Shown here: one piece after another, positions 26,701-37,539 of the stretch | Layout: every line of letters starts with the position of its first letter | Position numbering within the stretch: position 1 is the first letter of the stretch | Source: Blasia pusilla | Lineage: Eukaryota | Direction of reading: 5' to 3' | NCBI GenBank assembly: GCA_050084515.1 | Contig: CM114271.1 | Location: 35,340,001 to 35,404,000, forward strand | DNA length: 64,000 nucleotides | Notes under the pieces: generated by a model | Databases searched by the model: none | The model's input: the letters and a program-made list of their open reading frames with translations, nothing else | What the model was told of the DNA's origin: nothing | Made by a program: the position numbers and the translations under genes

Positions 26701-27914
26701 GGCTATTTTTAGGGGAAGAGCCTTTTGGCTCTTCCCAACCCTATATAAGAGAGGAAGATGGCTTTCCTAAGCCATCTTTCTCATGTTGGGCCGTTGGAGC
26801 ACCTCCCTTGTATGTGTGTGAGCTAGGACTAGGGTGCTAGCGTCCGGATTCCTTGATAGCACAGGGTGGACGAGGCTCGATATGGCGATGTAGATAGAGG
26901 AGTGGAGTTTTAGGCCGAGTGTGCCGTTTTTACTACTCTTTATTTTTACATGAGAAAGATGTCAGGGGGTTGGTGGGAATTCGTTGTTTGCAGGTAGGCA
27001 AGCAAGTTGCCTTGGTCGGGAGCCCCTGGAGACGTGTGTGTGACGTTTTGTGTGTCATTTTCTGTTCGGAAGGCCGTGGGCGGAAGCGCTGTCCGTTTTT
27101 CTCAGATTTTGTTGGTGCGATTGATGGGGGACAGCAGCAGGGTGTAGCGCAGGTTGTGTCGGCAGGAGTAACGTCGTCTTATAACTCGTGGAATGTCGGG
27201 AGTACCCAAGGAGAAGAGTTAGAGCTTGCAGCCGCCAGGGAGCTGTCAAGTAAAGCGGCTGGTCTAGGGTTTAGCCGGGGCGGCGACAGGCGGCGCGGCG
27301 GGAAACAAAGCGGTGACGGCGCCCCCTCCTCCCCTTCCCCCATTTATTTCCCTCCCCAAAAGTTGGGGAGGCCCATAGGGGTGTGGGCCAGGGCGTTGCG
27401 AGAGTTGACGATGGTGGGGCAGTGTGCATGATGCCGACGGGTGGTCCGCATCTGTTGACGGGAGGATCGACGTGTTGGTCGAGGGGAGTGTTGTGTTGCG
27501 GAGATTGTCATCTACGCAACATGTGTTGTGTTGCGGAGGTTGCCGAGCAGGGGTCGCGTGTATGACCCGAGAGAGTGTCGCTAGGTTGAGCGTGCGTGAG
27601 GCCGGGTATGTCATCACGGGATTGATGTTAGCATAGGTGAGCTAGTGAGGCATGTGGGAGACTCTCGGTGAGTGTGAGTGCTTGAGCGGGTGAGACAGGG
27701 TTTGTCATCACGGCGTTCTTCAGGGTTGAAGAATGGGGTAGTCGAGTAGTGGTAGTGGTGTGACACGGGTGGAGTGAGATACTGAGGGGTTACTAGTGAG
27801 GAGCTCCTCGACATCCATCCGTGATTGGATTGTCATCGACACCGGAGTGCAGTGACGAGATCACGACAAAACGATAGTACTTGGCAGGAGATGGACGACA
27901 TGGGCCATTGAGGC

Positions 27915-30260
27915 ATGCGGCGTTTCTCGGGTGCAGTGGGCACCATCGACTTAGATGATTTCATCCAGGAGTTCAACACATGGTGCGACTTCCAGGAGAT
28001 ACGGACCCCGACACGGTTCAACCCTTTCATGGCATGGAAGGGTTGTTCCAAAGACTTGGAGGGTCCCAGATGGATGACTACATGGAGTTTCGATCACTAT
28101 ATTCAGTAGAGATTGATGCTTGGAGGATGTATTGGGCTCTAGGGTATGTGTCCACTAGTGGTCGCGAGGCATATGATGGGATTGTGAGAGGAGAGAGACC
28201 CACACCATCAGCCCGGAGACTAGATGGAGAGGAGGGCAGTGAGACAGGCAATGTGGCAGAGACCTCTGGTGGTAGAGGGCCACCTAGCTTCAGCCCCATG
28301 TTGGAGTTCTTCCGACAGTTGGAGAAGAGCTACCGGGCGTGCATTGAAACACAAGCTGAAGAGTCTACATGATTTTCAGCGGACGATCGGGGAGAGTCGA
28401 GAGAGGCATTCACACGCATGAGGAGGCTGATCATTGCTACGTTTGGAGTGATTGAGACGCAGTCAGTCCAGTATTGGTACGGGATTATGGACCGAGAACT
28501 ACAGAGGAGAGTCCAAGATGCGATGATGATTCACACAGTGAAGCCCACATTGAAGGTGGTCTTTGAGTTGTCTGAGCGTATTGAGCTCAACATGAGTGAG
28601 GAGCAGGTAGTGACCGCTGGATTTTTCGAGAGTCGACGGGTCCACGGCGACCGTGACCCCACAGTGCCCAAAGCAAGCACCGATACCACCATGGGAGCGG
28701 GCGGTGTGCCTAGAGAGCGGGCGGTACCGTGAGCCTATGAGGCAACGACCCGCACCTACATATGTTGCCCAGCACGGACCGATGTGGTCTTGTTGGATGT
28801 GTGGAGGGACCCATAGGCAGAGAGACTGCCCACAGCATGGGAGAGGACCACCATCGCCTCCAATTGCTCAGGAGCCACAGAGGATGGCCCCACCACAGCA
28901 CCACTGTGACCATTGCCACAGATATGGTCACACTAGGGATAGATGTTTTGACCTTCGTCGAGGGGCACGCCCAAAGGTAGGCCGAGGGCCTGGGGCGGCC
29001 GCCCCTGGAGGAGGTTGGGGAGTTCTTCTGGACATGGTGGTAGAGGACCACCACCAGCCGAGGAGGAGATAGAGCAGAGCACCGAGTCGGCACTTCTCTC
29101 ACGCATCGATCGGTTGAGCGGAGGATTGCTGCCATGACGATGATGCGGCTTAGGAAGGCACGGAGTGTGAGCGGCTAGTGTGACTCGATCTCTACCTCTT
29201 ACCCTAACCCGGGTGAGATCTCTCAAAGTATGGGATTTATGTGTAGTGCAGCCAGGTTGAGGCGGTATAGTGGTGACTCGGGGTCTTTGCGAGAGGCATC
29301 AAGCCATCGAGAGGTGGAGTTGAGATTGACCCACCAGAGGGGACCGATGGGCGGCGAGCCAGGGTTCCACGATCGTTCACATTGTCGGAGGCACTACACA
29401 CACCATCGATGGTGCCTCGGCGACCAGCGGTGCCTCGATTGGGCACCTCGTCGGCGTCACGAGGAGTTGGAGTGACAACTCCTATCTTTGGCTCGAGTGG
29501 AGTCGGTGTCGACCATAGTGTTGGAGGTGGCCACCGAGTGAGTCGACTCCGCTATTTTCCGCCATAGAGTTGGCGGCGTTGGGAATTGGACCAAGCGAGG
29601 TGTTTGGTTGGCCGCCACGTTGTGTGGCGTGGAGAGATGGCGCTTCTTGTTTAGAGGTAGTTGAGGAGGTGGTGGACTTGCCCTCAGAGCGGTGCTTGGG
29701 GCGTTCCCACGAGTCATGGCATCTGGCGGCGGAAAAGTTGGTAGATATGCTAGCTCGACCGGCCATAGAGCGGCAAGTGGTGACACTGGAGTAGTATTCT
29801 TTGGATAACCGAGCTAGAGTATTTCGCTTGGTTAGTCCGACGGGGATAGTATACCACCCGCAGCGCGTCCTACTTGATTTGGGAGCGCAACCCTTGATGT
29901 TAGGGAAGGCGGCATGCTTAGTGTTGGGGTTACGGAAGGCCGACATTGAGCCTTGTCCCTTCCAGATACAGACCTCGATTGGGGGCGTATCACCCACTCA
30001 ATATATGACTCGATAGGAGATTGTTGTCAGAATCCAGCCAGAGCATGCGACGGATAGTGTTATGGTGCGCACACATGCGATTACGACACCATCTGAGTCG
30101 TACGATGTGTTGGTGGGGAGTACCGTGTTATATCCCCTAGGATTCATCCTTGACTTCTGGGAGGAGACCGTTGCCTATCAGCTGGGATGGCGGTCAAGTG
30201 ACAGCCGGATGAGTCAGTTACCCGTGCAGTTTGCGAGATGAGGTGGTCGATCACGAGGCG
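27915..30260 (+). pseudogene. E2 gag and protease, disrupted
   Basis: RRFSGAVGTIDLDDFIQEFNTWCD, knuckles CWMCGGTHRQRDC and CDHCHRYGHTRDRC, and protease VLLDLGAQPLM. Homologous to E1. Confidence 0.8.
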
Positions 30261-30613
30261 AGTCTGTGACCACGTTGGCAGCTTTCACACGTAGTGTTAG
30301 CTGGCCAGGAGAGTTGTTGGAGGGGAACGCACATGCGGAGGATGTCCCAGTAGCGGAGGATGTCCCAGTAGCGGATAGTCCCACGGAGAGACAGGCCATG
30401 GCGGGTGTCTCTTCCCATGTTGGCGAGGCCTCTTCACCATTGTGGGGTACGACTCGGGAGCTACAGAGGAGTGTCGAAGACCTCGTGAGGCAAGCGTGGA
30501 GTCATGTTTTTATCCCAAAGCCGCGAGAGTCATGTGGCGATCGGGCTCTTGGAGTGGAGAGGATGACCCCACTAGATACCACACCTGTTGTGTGGCAGTG
30601 CCCAGAGGAGGGT

Positions 30614-31560
30614 GTTAGGGTGTTAGATCTCTTCGGAGGGATTAGCACCGGATTGGCTGCACTATTGCAGGCGGGCATACGGGTGCATCAGTACCTTTAT
30701 GTGGAGAGAGATGAGACCGCGCGGCGAGTATCATTACATCACATGGCGAGATTGGTCCAGAGGTATACTGAGTTGTTGTCGGTATCTGCAGTACGGGGAT
30801 ACCAGCATAGGCTACCCGCCGACATCTCTTTGGTGGGGGCGCAGGATCTGGATAGAGTTGGCACCATTCATTTGGTGATTGCTCGATGGCCATGTCAGGG
30901 TCATTCATCAGCTGGCTGAGGATTTGGATTGCAGGATCCGAGGTCAGGGATGTTTTGGGAGATGATGCGAGTAGTACGACACTTGCACGAGAGTCAGATA
31001 TTTTCTCCAACATACATTTTGGAGAACGTGCCATTGTTGGGAGACACTCGTGCACGTGTGATGACCAGTGTACATCAGGTGAGGTCCTGGTTGGGACCTG
31101 CTGTGCTGTTAGATGCAGCGAGAGTTGGGTCACGTGCCCATCGTCCACGACTGTGGTGGACAAACTTGATACCATCAGAAGTACTAAGTCGAGCATACAA
31201 TGGAGTCCAGAGAGCACCACATCTTACAGTGTATGCTATTTTGGGCTCAGGGCGTCGATCTCACGTGGTGACACGGGATGATAGACCACCGTTGGCCATG
31301 GCCAATAGGGTGGGGGAATTGAGGGCAGCCTTACCTACGTTGGTGAGCTTCCCAGCATCCCATGCCTTTTGTCAGGGAGGGCCAGGCATGATTTGGGATG
31401 AGGTGTCCGGAGCATTGGAGGAGCCTACAGCACATGAGCGTGAGCGCGCCATGGGGTTCACTACCGGTACTACGGCGGTGCCAGGGATGACTGAGGCATC
31501 ACGGAGACAAGTGTTGGGGCAGGCGATGGACCTCAACTGTCTCACATGGATAGTCAGCCT
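30614..31560 (+). pseudogene. C5 cytosine DNA methyltransferase domain (DNMT3-like) within retroelement pol, one in-frame TGA
   Basis: Motif I VLDLFGGI, II YVE, IV WPCQGHS, VI ILENV, VIII AHRPRLWWTN, IX ERERAMGF, X LGQAM. ORFs 30266-30919 and 30929-31822 are in the same frame, separated by TGA at 30917-30919. Confidence 0.9.
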
Positions 31561-31864
31561 AGGTATGGTGAGCGAGAGACGGATACGAGTGTCATCCATG
31601 CCGTCACGCCCACGAAGTTGGACCATTGCCTATGAGGTATGTCTGAGGCATTGGTGGGGCGAGACGAGGAGAGATAGGCACCCATGGACTTCCTGGGACG
31701 TCGTTCGAGCAGAGAGTGCGAAGGCGGCTAGAGTAGCACATGTTCATTTTTCGGATGTGGAGCATGGTGTAGGAGGTCACAGTGGAGTGGTTGTTGCAGA
31801 GGTGGCTAGGGTTGCTACATAGCAACCAAAGCCAAAGGTTGCGTCCTCTCCGAGTGAGGTCACG

Positions 31865-34800
31865 ATGGAGACTTGGGAGCCTGTGATAGGTCTCAAGTTG
31901 ATAGGAGGAGAGCGACGGCAAGTTCATAGGTTTCTGAGAGGGCATGTCAGTTGTTTTGCCTTCAGTATGAGAGACTTGGGTACGCTGAAGGGTCCCGGGA
32001 TACGGATTGAGTTGGCTAGTGATACGTCGATCTTTTGTCGACCCTCAGTATTCGATATGGAGCGAGCCTTGATTGAGCGAGGAGTCGAGGACTTGTTGGA
32101 GGCAGGACTTGTGGAGTTATCACATGGGGAGTATGCATCTGCCACAATCATGCCGGCGAAGAAGGATATGTATGGCAATTGGACAGATAGGCGGATGTGT
32201 GGAGATTACCGTCCTATCAACCGACAGACGAGGTCAGATCGGTATGCCATGCCTACTCCTGAGGAGATCTTTGATGCGGTAGGGCATGCAAAGATCTTGA
32301 TAGATTTTTAGATCTCCGTGTTGGCTATCATCGACTTCCTATCAAGGTTGGAGGACAGGGAGAAGACGAGCATTTTGGGGATAGATCCGTTCGGGAGAGA
32401 TTGCTTGTATTAGTGCGGTTCTTACCATTTGGGTTGAAGAACGCGCTGCAGAGTTTCAGAGAGTGATGGATAGGATTAGGTGGCTTGGATTTTGTACAAT
32501 GTTACATAGATGATATTCTTATCTTGATTCCACGGTTGAGGAGCATGAGCGACACTTGGAGGAGGTGTTTGGCGATTGCGATTACATGGACTGAAGTTAC
32601 ATCCAGCAAGTGCAGATTCTTTTCAGGAGCAGATTGAGTACTTGGGACACACCATATACCCGAGTGGGTTAGGCGTTCAACAGGCGAAGGTAGAGGCTAT
32701 TGCAGATTCCACGCCCTAGAGATGTGAGTCGAGTCCGAGCATTTCTTGGACCGGCAAACTTCTATCGACGGTATGTCAAGGGTTTTAGTGTGTGATCGCA
32801 AAGTCTTTGACCTTGTCGCGAGACTTGATCAGGTTTGGTTGTGGGGAGATGATCGGGAGCGAGCATTTCAGAGCTCAGGACAGGTTGGCGTCCTCACCCA
32901 TTTTCTGAGAGACCGGTTAGGGTCGCCCATTCGATTACATACAGTTGGAGCATGTTGGGTCTAGGAGCAGTGCTTACTCAGAGGGATAACGAGGAGAGGG
33001 AGTTCGTTGTGGCTTACGCGAGCCGATTGAACAACATTGAGAGGCGAAGTACAGCTCCTACGAGGGAGAGTGCTTGGTTGCAGTGTGGGTCGTGGCACAT
33101 TTTAGGTGCTATTTATTCGGCAACCCTTTCACACTTATCACTGATCATCAGCCGTTGAGGTGGTTGATGGAGTCCGACAAGCTTACGGGAAAGCTTGCCA
33201 GGTGGGCTCTATTACTACAGGAGTATGAATTTGAGGTGGTTAATAGGCCAGGTTGGCTGAACCAAGATGCGGATGGGTTGAGTCGTAACCCATGTCCAAG
33301 TCAGAGAGACGACACAAGAGCTCGATGGCACGGAGAGAGTGATGAGGAGATGGTGCCCGGTTGGCATGCATCTGCCTATCTTTGTTGGTTGACTATGGCA
33401 GGTCAGCCACAGGTGATGACTCCAGTGGTGGGGTTGGATGATGAGTCTTTAGATCCGGAGGTTAGTGAGGAGGCGACAGGTGGTCGTGATATCCATGACG
33501 ACGTGGAGGTTGTGGAGTTCTTGCGCACTGGCGTCATTGCGAGTACAATGAGTGCTAGGGAGCGGGATCGGATCCTACAGAGAGCCAAGAGGTTCAGGTG
33601 GGAGGGGACTCACATTTTGCGGGTATGGGGAGATGGTAGGATACGAGTGGTACCTCATCCTTCCCAGCGAGCATGTGTAGTGCGACATGCCCATGAGGAG
33701 TTGGGACATTTTGGAGTAAAGCGTACTTACAGCTTACTCTAGGTTCAGTATTGGTGGCACGGCATGCATACTAGGGTACAGTAGTTTGTGGCCACATGTA
33801 TGGTATGTGACAGAGTGTGAGCATCCTTCAATGCTCCCACTCCGTAGTTACATCCTTTGCCGATTATGGGTTTAGGTTATCGGTGGAGTTTAGACTTTGC
33901 GGGACCTTTGCCATTGACAAGGCGTCATCATAGGTACGTGTTGGTCATGGTGGAACATTTCTCCAAGTGGATAGAGTTGGTGGCACTACCGAGACAAAGC
34001 GCGAGCGAGGCGGCTTATGCGTTTCTAGATCGTGTGCTTAGTCACTTTGGTGCACCGGCGGAGGTGTTGACTGACCAGGGTACCGAGTTCAGGGGAGAGT
34101 TTCAAGCCTTGTGTGATCATGGGCTCCACGTCCAGAGATCATCCTCAGGCGGATGGGTTGGCGGAGAGAGTGGTACATATGGTGAAGAGAGGATTGCGCA
34201 AGTATGGCTTGCAGCGGGGACAGTTGAGGGAGTGGGACCTACAATTGCCATGGTTGGCTATGGGTTATCGCTTTAGTCGGCAGGCATCCTTGGCGTCATT
34301 TTCACCGTACTTTTTTCTCTTTGGGAGAGAGCCAGATTGCAGCCATTCGACGTGACATGGCGGAGGTGTTAGATCTTGATGATCCATATGTGTGGGTCCA
34401 AGCATGTTCTCAGAGGGCAGAAGTTTTTCGTAGAGTTATGCCTATGGCCTTTGAGAACTTAGCTATTGCCCAGCATAGAGATACATTGAGGTATGCGACC
34501 ATTCGTGGAGGAGGTTATCGTCCAGGGATTAGGAGGTTTTATCCTGGAGATTACGTGTATTTACAGCAAGCGGCACCCACGATGCTAGATGTCACTGCAG
34601 GGCGCACAATCCTACATGTGCGCGAGGTATTACCGACCGGAGTCCTCATGTTGGAGGGACGGGATGGTATGGTTTGGAAGGATCATGTGTGCAATTGTGC
34701 GCCATGTCATCTTCCGAACGTAGATGGGACGGTGGATTCGAGCTTGGCAGTGGTACCTGCAGGCTTGAGGTGTATGTTGTCCGGATCTGCGAGGGGTGCA

Positions 34801-34911
34801 ACCACCATGTTGGTATGTGATGGTTGTTCTCGAGGGTGGCATATGTCATGTCTGATCCCTCCTCTTGATGTGGTTCCCACGGGACGATGGATGTGTCCGA
34901 GATGTGTATAG
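31865..34911 (+). pseudogene. E2 RT-RNase H-integrase-PHD, disrupted
   Basis: RRMCGDYRPIN, LPFGLKN, CYIDDIL (RT). VVAYASR, WVVAHFRCYL, TDHQPL (RH). HEELGHFG..CMVC, LDFAGPLP, TDQGTEF, HPQADGLAER (DDE IN). PHD CML..CDGCSRGWHMSCL.PPL..VP.GRWMCPRC at 34771-34908. Confidence 0.9.
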
Positions 34912-37539
34912 GATAGTAGGTCATGTCAGAGAGATGTGATATTTTCTATCTGGAGTTGGGGGATCAAGCGCCAACTAGGGGCGGTTGTGTGATCTCCATG
35001 TATATGCATGAGTTGATTTTTGTACATGTGTGGATCGACCCGTGTCTGGGGAAGATCGATGTTGTGTGGTGTAGATTTGACGAGCGATGTATGTTGTGTA
35101 GCGATATGTTTGCGCACGACAGCTGTCACATCTGAGTAGCCGATAGGCCGAGATCTATCGTGGATAGGGCGTAGGAGCCAGCGGACTATCTTGAGTGTAA
35201 CTTTGTCCCACGGTGTCGGATGAGGTTGAGGATAGTCCATTGTGTCAGGAACGTCGTTTCTGACGACTTTCATGTTGAGGTCTTTTACAGCCGGGTGACT
35301 TGTTGACCAAGTCACCCGCCCTTGGTAACATGTGAGCGTAGGTTACCAAGGGAAGGGTTATTTTTAGGGGAAGAGCCTTTTGGCTCTTCCCAACCCTATA
35401 TAAGAGAGGAAGATGGCTTTCCTAAGCCATCTTTCTCATGTTGGGCCGTTGGAGCACCTCCCTTGTATGTGTGTGAGCTAGGACTAGGGTGCTAGCGTCC
35501 GGATTCCTTGATAGCACAGGGTGAACGAGGCTCGATATGCCGATGTAGATTGAGGAGTTTAGTTTTAGGCCGGGTGTGCCATTTTTACTACTCTTTATTT
35601 TTGTTGTGTGATCTCCATGTATATATATGAGTTGATTTTTGTACATGTGTGGATCGACTCGTGTGTGGGGGAAGATCGGTGTTGTGTGGTGTAGATGTGA
35701 CGAGCGATGTATGTTGTGTAGCGATATGTATGCGCACGACAAAGAGCAAAGTGAAATAAACCCATTGAATGAGTCACGAACTTGGGAGGTTTGTTACAAG
35801 GGTCATTTTCAACACTCTAGATTCTTCACCTTTGGTTTCGATATTAATATAATGATACAAATATTTTAATTGCATTTTCACATCTCATTTTTCCCTTAAG
35901 AAAAACCCAACACATTCATGGCATGCCCCTACGTCCCCTCTATTACTCACACCAAATTTTTCAATTGTAATGAGAGGAATTTTAAAGTTCACAAAAGGGA
36001 GCGAGACTATTGACATTTTACTTTGAATTTAGAATTTTTAATTGTCTTGGGCATCTTTATATAATTGTGAGGAGATTCTCCACTTTCAATTTCAACATAA
36101 ATGACTTATATCTTGAAATTTGAGGTAAATTTTCCATAGTTATTTGGTTCCGTTTTCACAACTCATTTCTCTCAAAAAATGAACTATGAGGTCCCATGCC
36201 TTGCTTATATAGAACTTTCAGTATTTTGGTAATCCTAATGGCCATTATGAGTTATTGTCATATTATCAATACACATCAAAATCAATGATGGGATTTATCC
36301 TGAATTTGTGATACAAAAGTGATATTCCTACAAATGAAAAATTGGACATCTTCCAGAATAGTGATAGAAAGGTCAGGTTAATCGCCCTATCATGAATGAG
36401 GTGGTGTATTACAAATGTCGAGTTATAGCCCACGCTATGCACAGGTGAAAGATATCAATGTTACGACTTTAACATCTGTTAAACACTACACTTGTCAACA
36501 CTAGAGGAAGCAAAAATAGATCCATGTCAACACTAGAAGAAGGGGTCTTCAAACCACATCCTTTTTTGATTATATAAATTCCTAAGCCCGTAAGTCACTC
36601 GTTCACTCCGTTATGGAGACGACTGAAAGCTCGAATTCTGTGATATCTATTCCACTTTGGACATCACTGAAAACTTGAACCTTTGCCATCCAGTGACTTC
36701 TTGTTCTCCCCTCCCTTTGTGCATGCCAGGTACAAATTCTTCTTGTGCGGTATTAGAGTTCTTCTCTGGAATCTCTGTAAAGCTAGTAATCACACGCCCA
36801 AATGGAGTATCCACATCTGCAAAGGTGGGAATGGAGAATAGAGAGAACTAATCTCCAGGATGTACCAACCTGATAGGCAAGAATTATTGAATGAACCCAC
36901 GAAAGAAGTACCTAAAATTTGCAATGGTGGCAAGTGAAGACTGCTCTCTCGATGATATCAAGGTGCAACGAGAACTATTGAGTTCATCGATTGAGTATTG
37001 GGTATCCAGAGTCCACATTGGTATGAAGGGAGAATCACTGATTGCATAAGCAAGACAGATAACTACAGATAACTTTCCAGCAACAATCTCTGGTAGGAAT
37101 CATCCTCTGGTTTCTGATATAGAAGACATTCAACAAATGGATTTGATCTGCTGTGGAGATCAAATGTGGAATCCATTTGGAAAGGAAGAACATACAAACA
37201 ACATACTCTGTGCGAGGGGAAGCTCGCAACTCAAGCTCAGTACTAGCTGGGAAACCGAATGGATGACTGAAGTGCATGAGATCGGGCAACACGGGTAGCA
37301 TGATAAAGTGCGTGTTAACAGCTCACTTCATTCCCAAGAGTACTTCAGGGTCCATTCAATTCCTTATCTAGCCTTGGTGATAAAGCCAGGTAAGCATTAT
37401 CTAAGGATCTAGACCTAGTGACATGTTGCAAACATTTCAGTGGATATGTTTGACTGATGAGAAGCTTTCCCCACTGAAGAGAAGACTGAACTCTTGTTCT
37501 ATCCTTCAACTTTGCACTGATAGTTTTGAAGAGTAGTGT

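Larger units (their letters stand above)
26468..35741 (+). mobile_element. E2: near full-length Ty3/gypsy-like element encoding gag-PR-DNMT-RT-RH-IN-PHD, with split terminal repeats (A-int-B-A-B), TSD AAGA
   Basis: A1 26468-26947 matches A2 35124-35602 (about a dozen differences by eye), and B1 34984-35121 matches B2 35603-35741. AAGA lies at 26464-26467 and 35742-35745. Confidence 0.93.

Noticed and set aside
18250-27275. Telomere-like TTTAGGG/CCCTAAA motifs
   Set aside because: Only isolated one- or two-unit occurrences, so not an interstitial telomere array.
30266-31822. Host or bacterial restriction-modification methyltransferase gene
   Set aside because: It is embedded in frame in pol inside a TSD-bounded element and shared with E1. 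No restriction enzyme partner is seen.
32300-33060. Programmed frameshifts in E2 RT
   Set aside because: Many scattered small indels fit decay or long-read consensus error better.
35124-35602. Reading A1/A2 as ordinary LTRs with B2 as flanking DNA
   Set aside because: A2 does not end in CA, is not preceded by the PPT-like motif and is not followed by the TSD. The TSD follows B2 in both elements.
26468-35741. DIRS/Ngaro/PAT tyrosine-recombinase element, suggested by the split repeats and methyltransferase
   Set aside because: I recognised no tyrosine-recombinase ORF. A protease, an HHCC/DDE integrase, TG..CA ends and a 4-bp TSD are present, and the MTase is C5-type rather than adenine-type.
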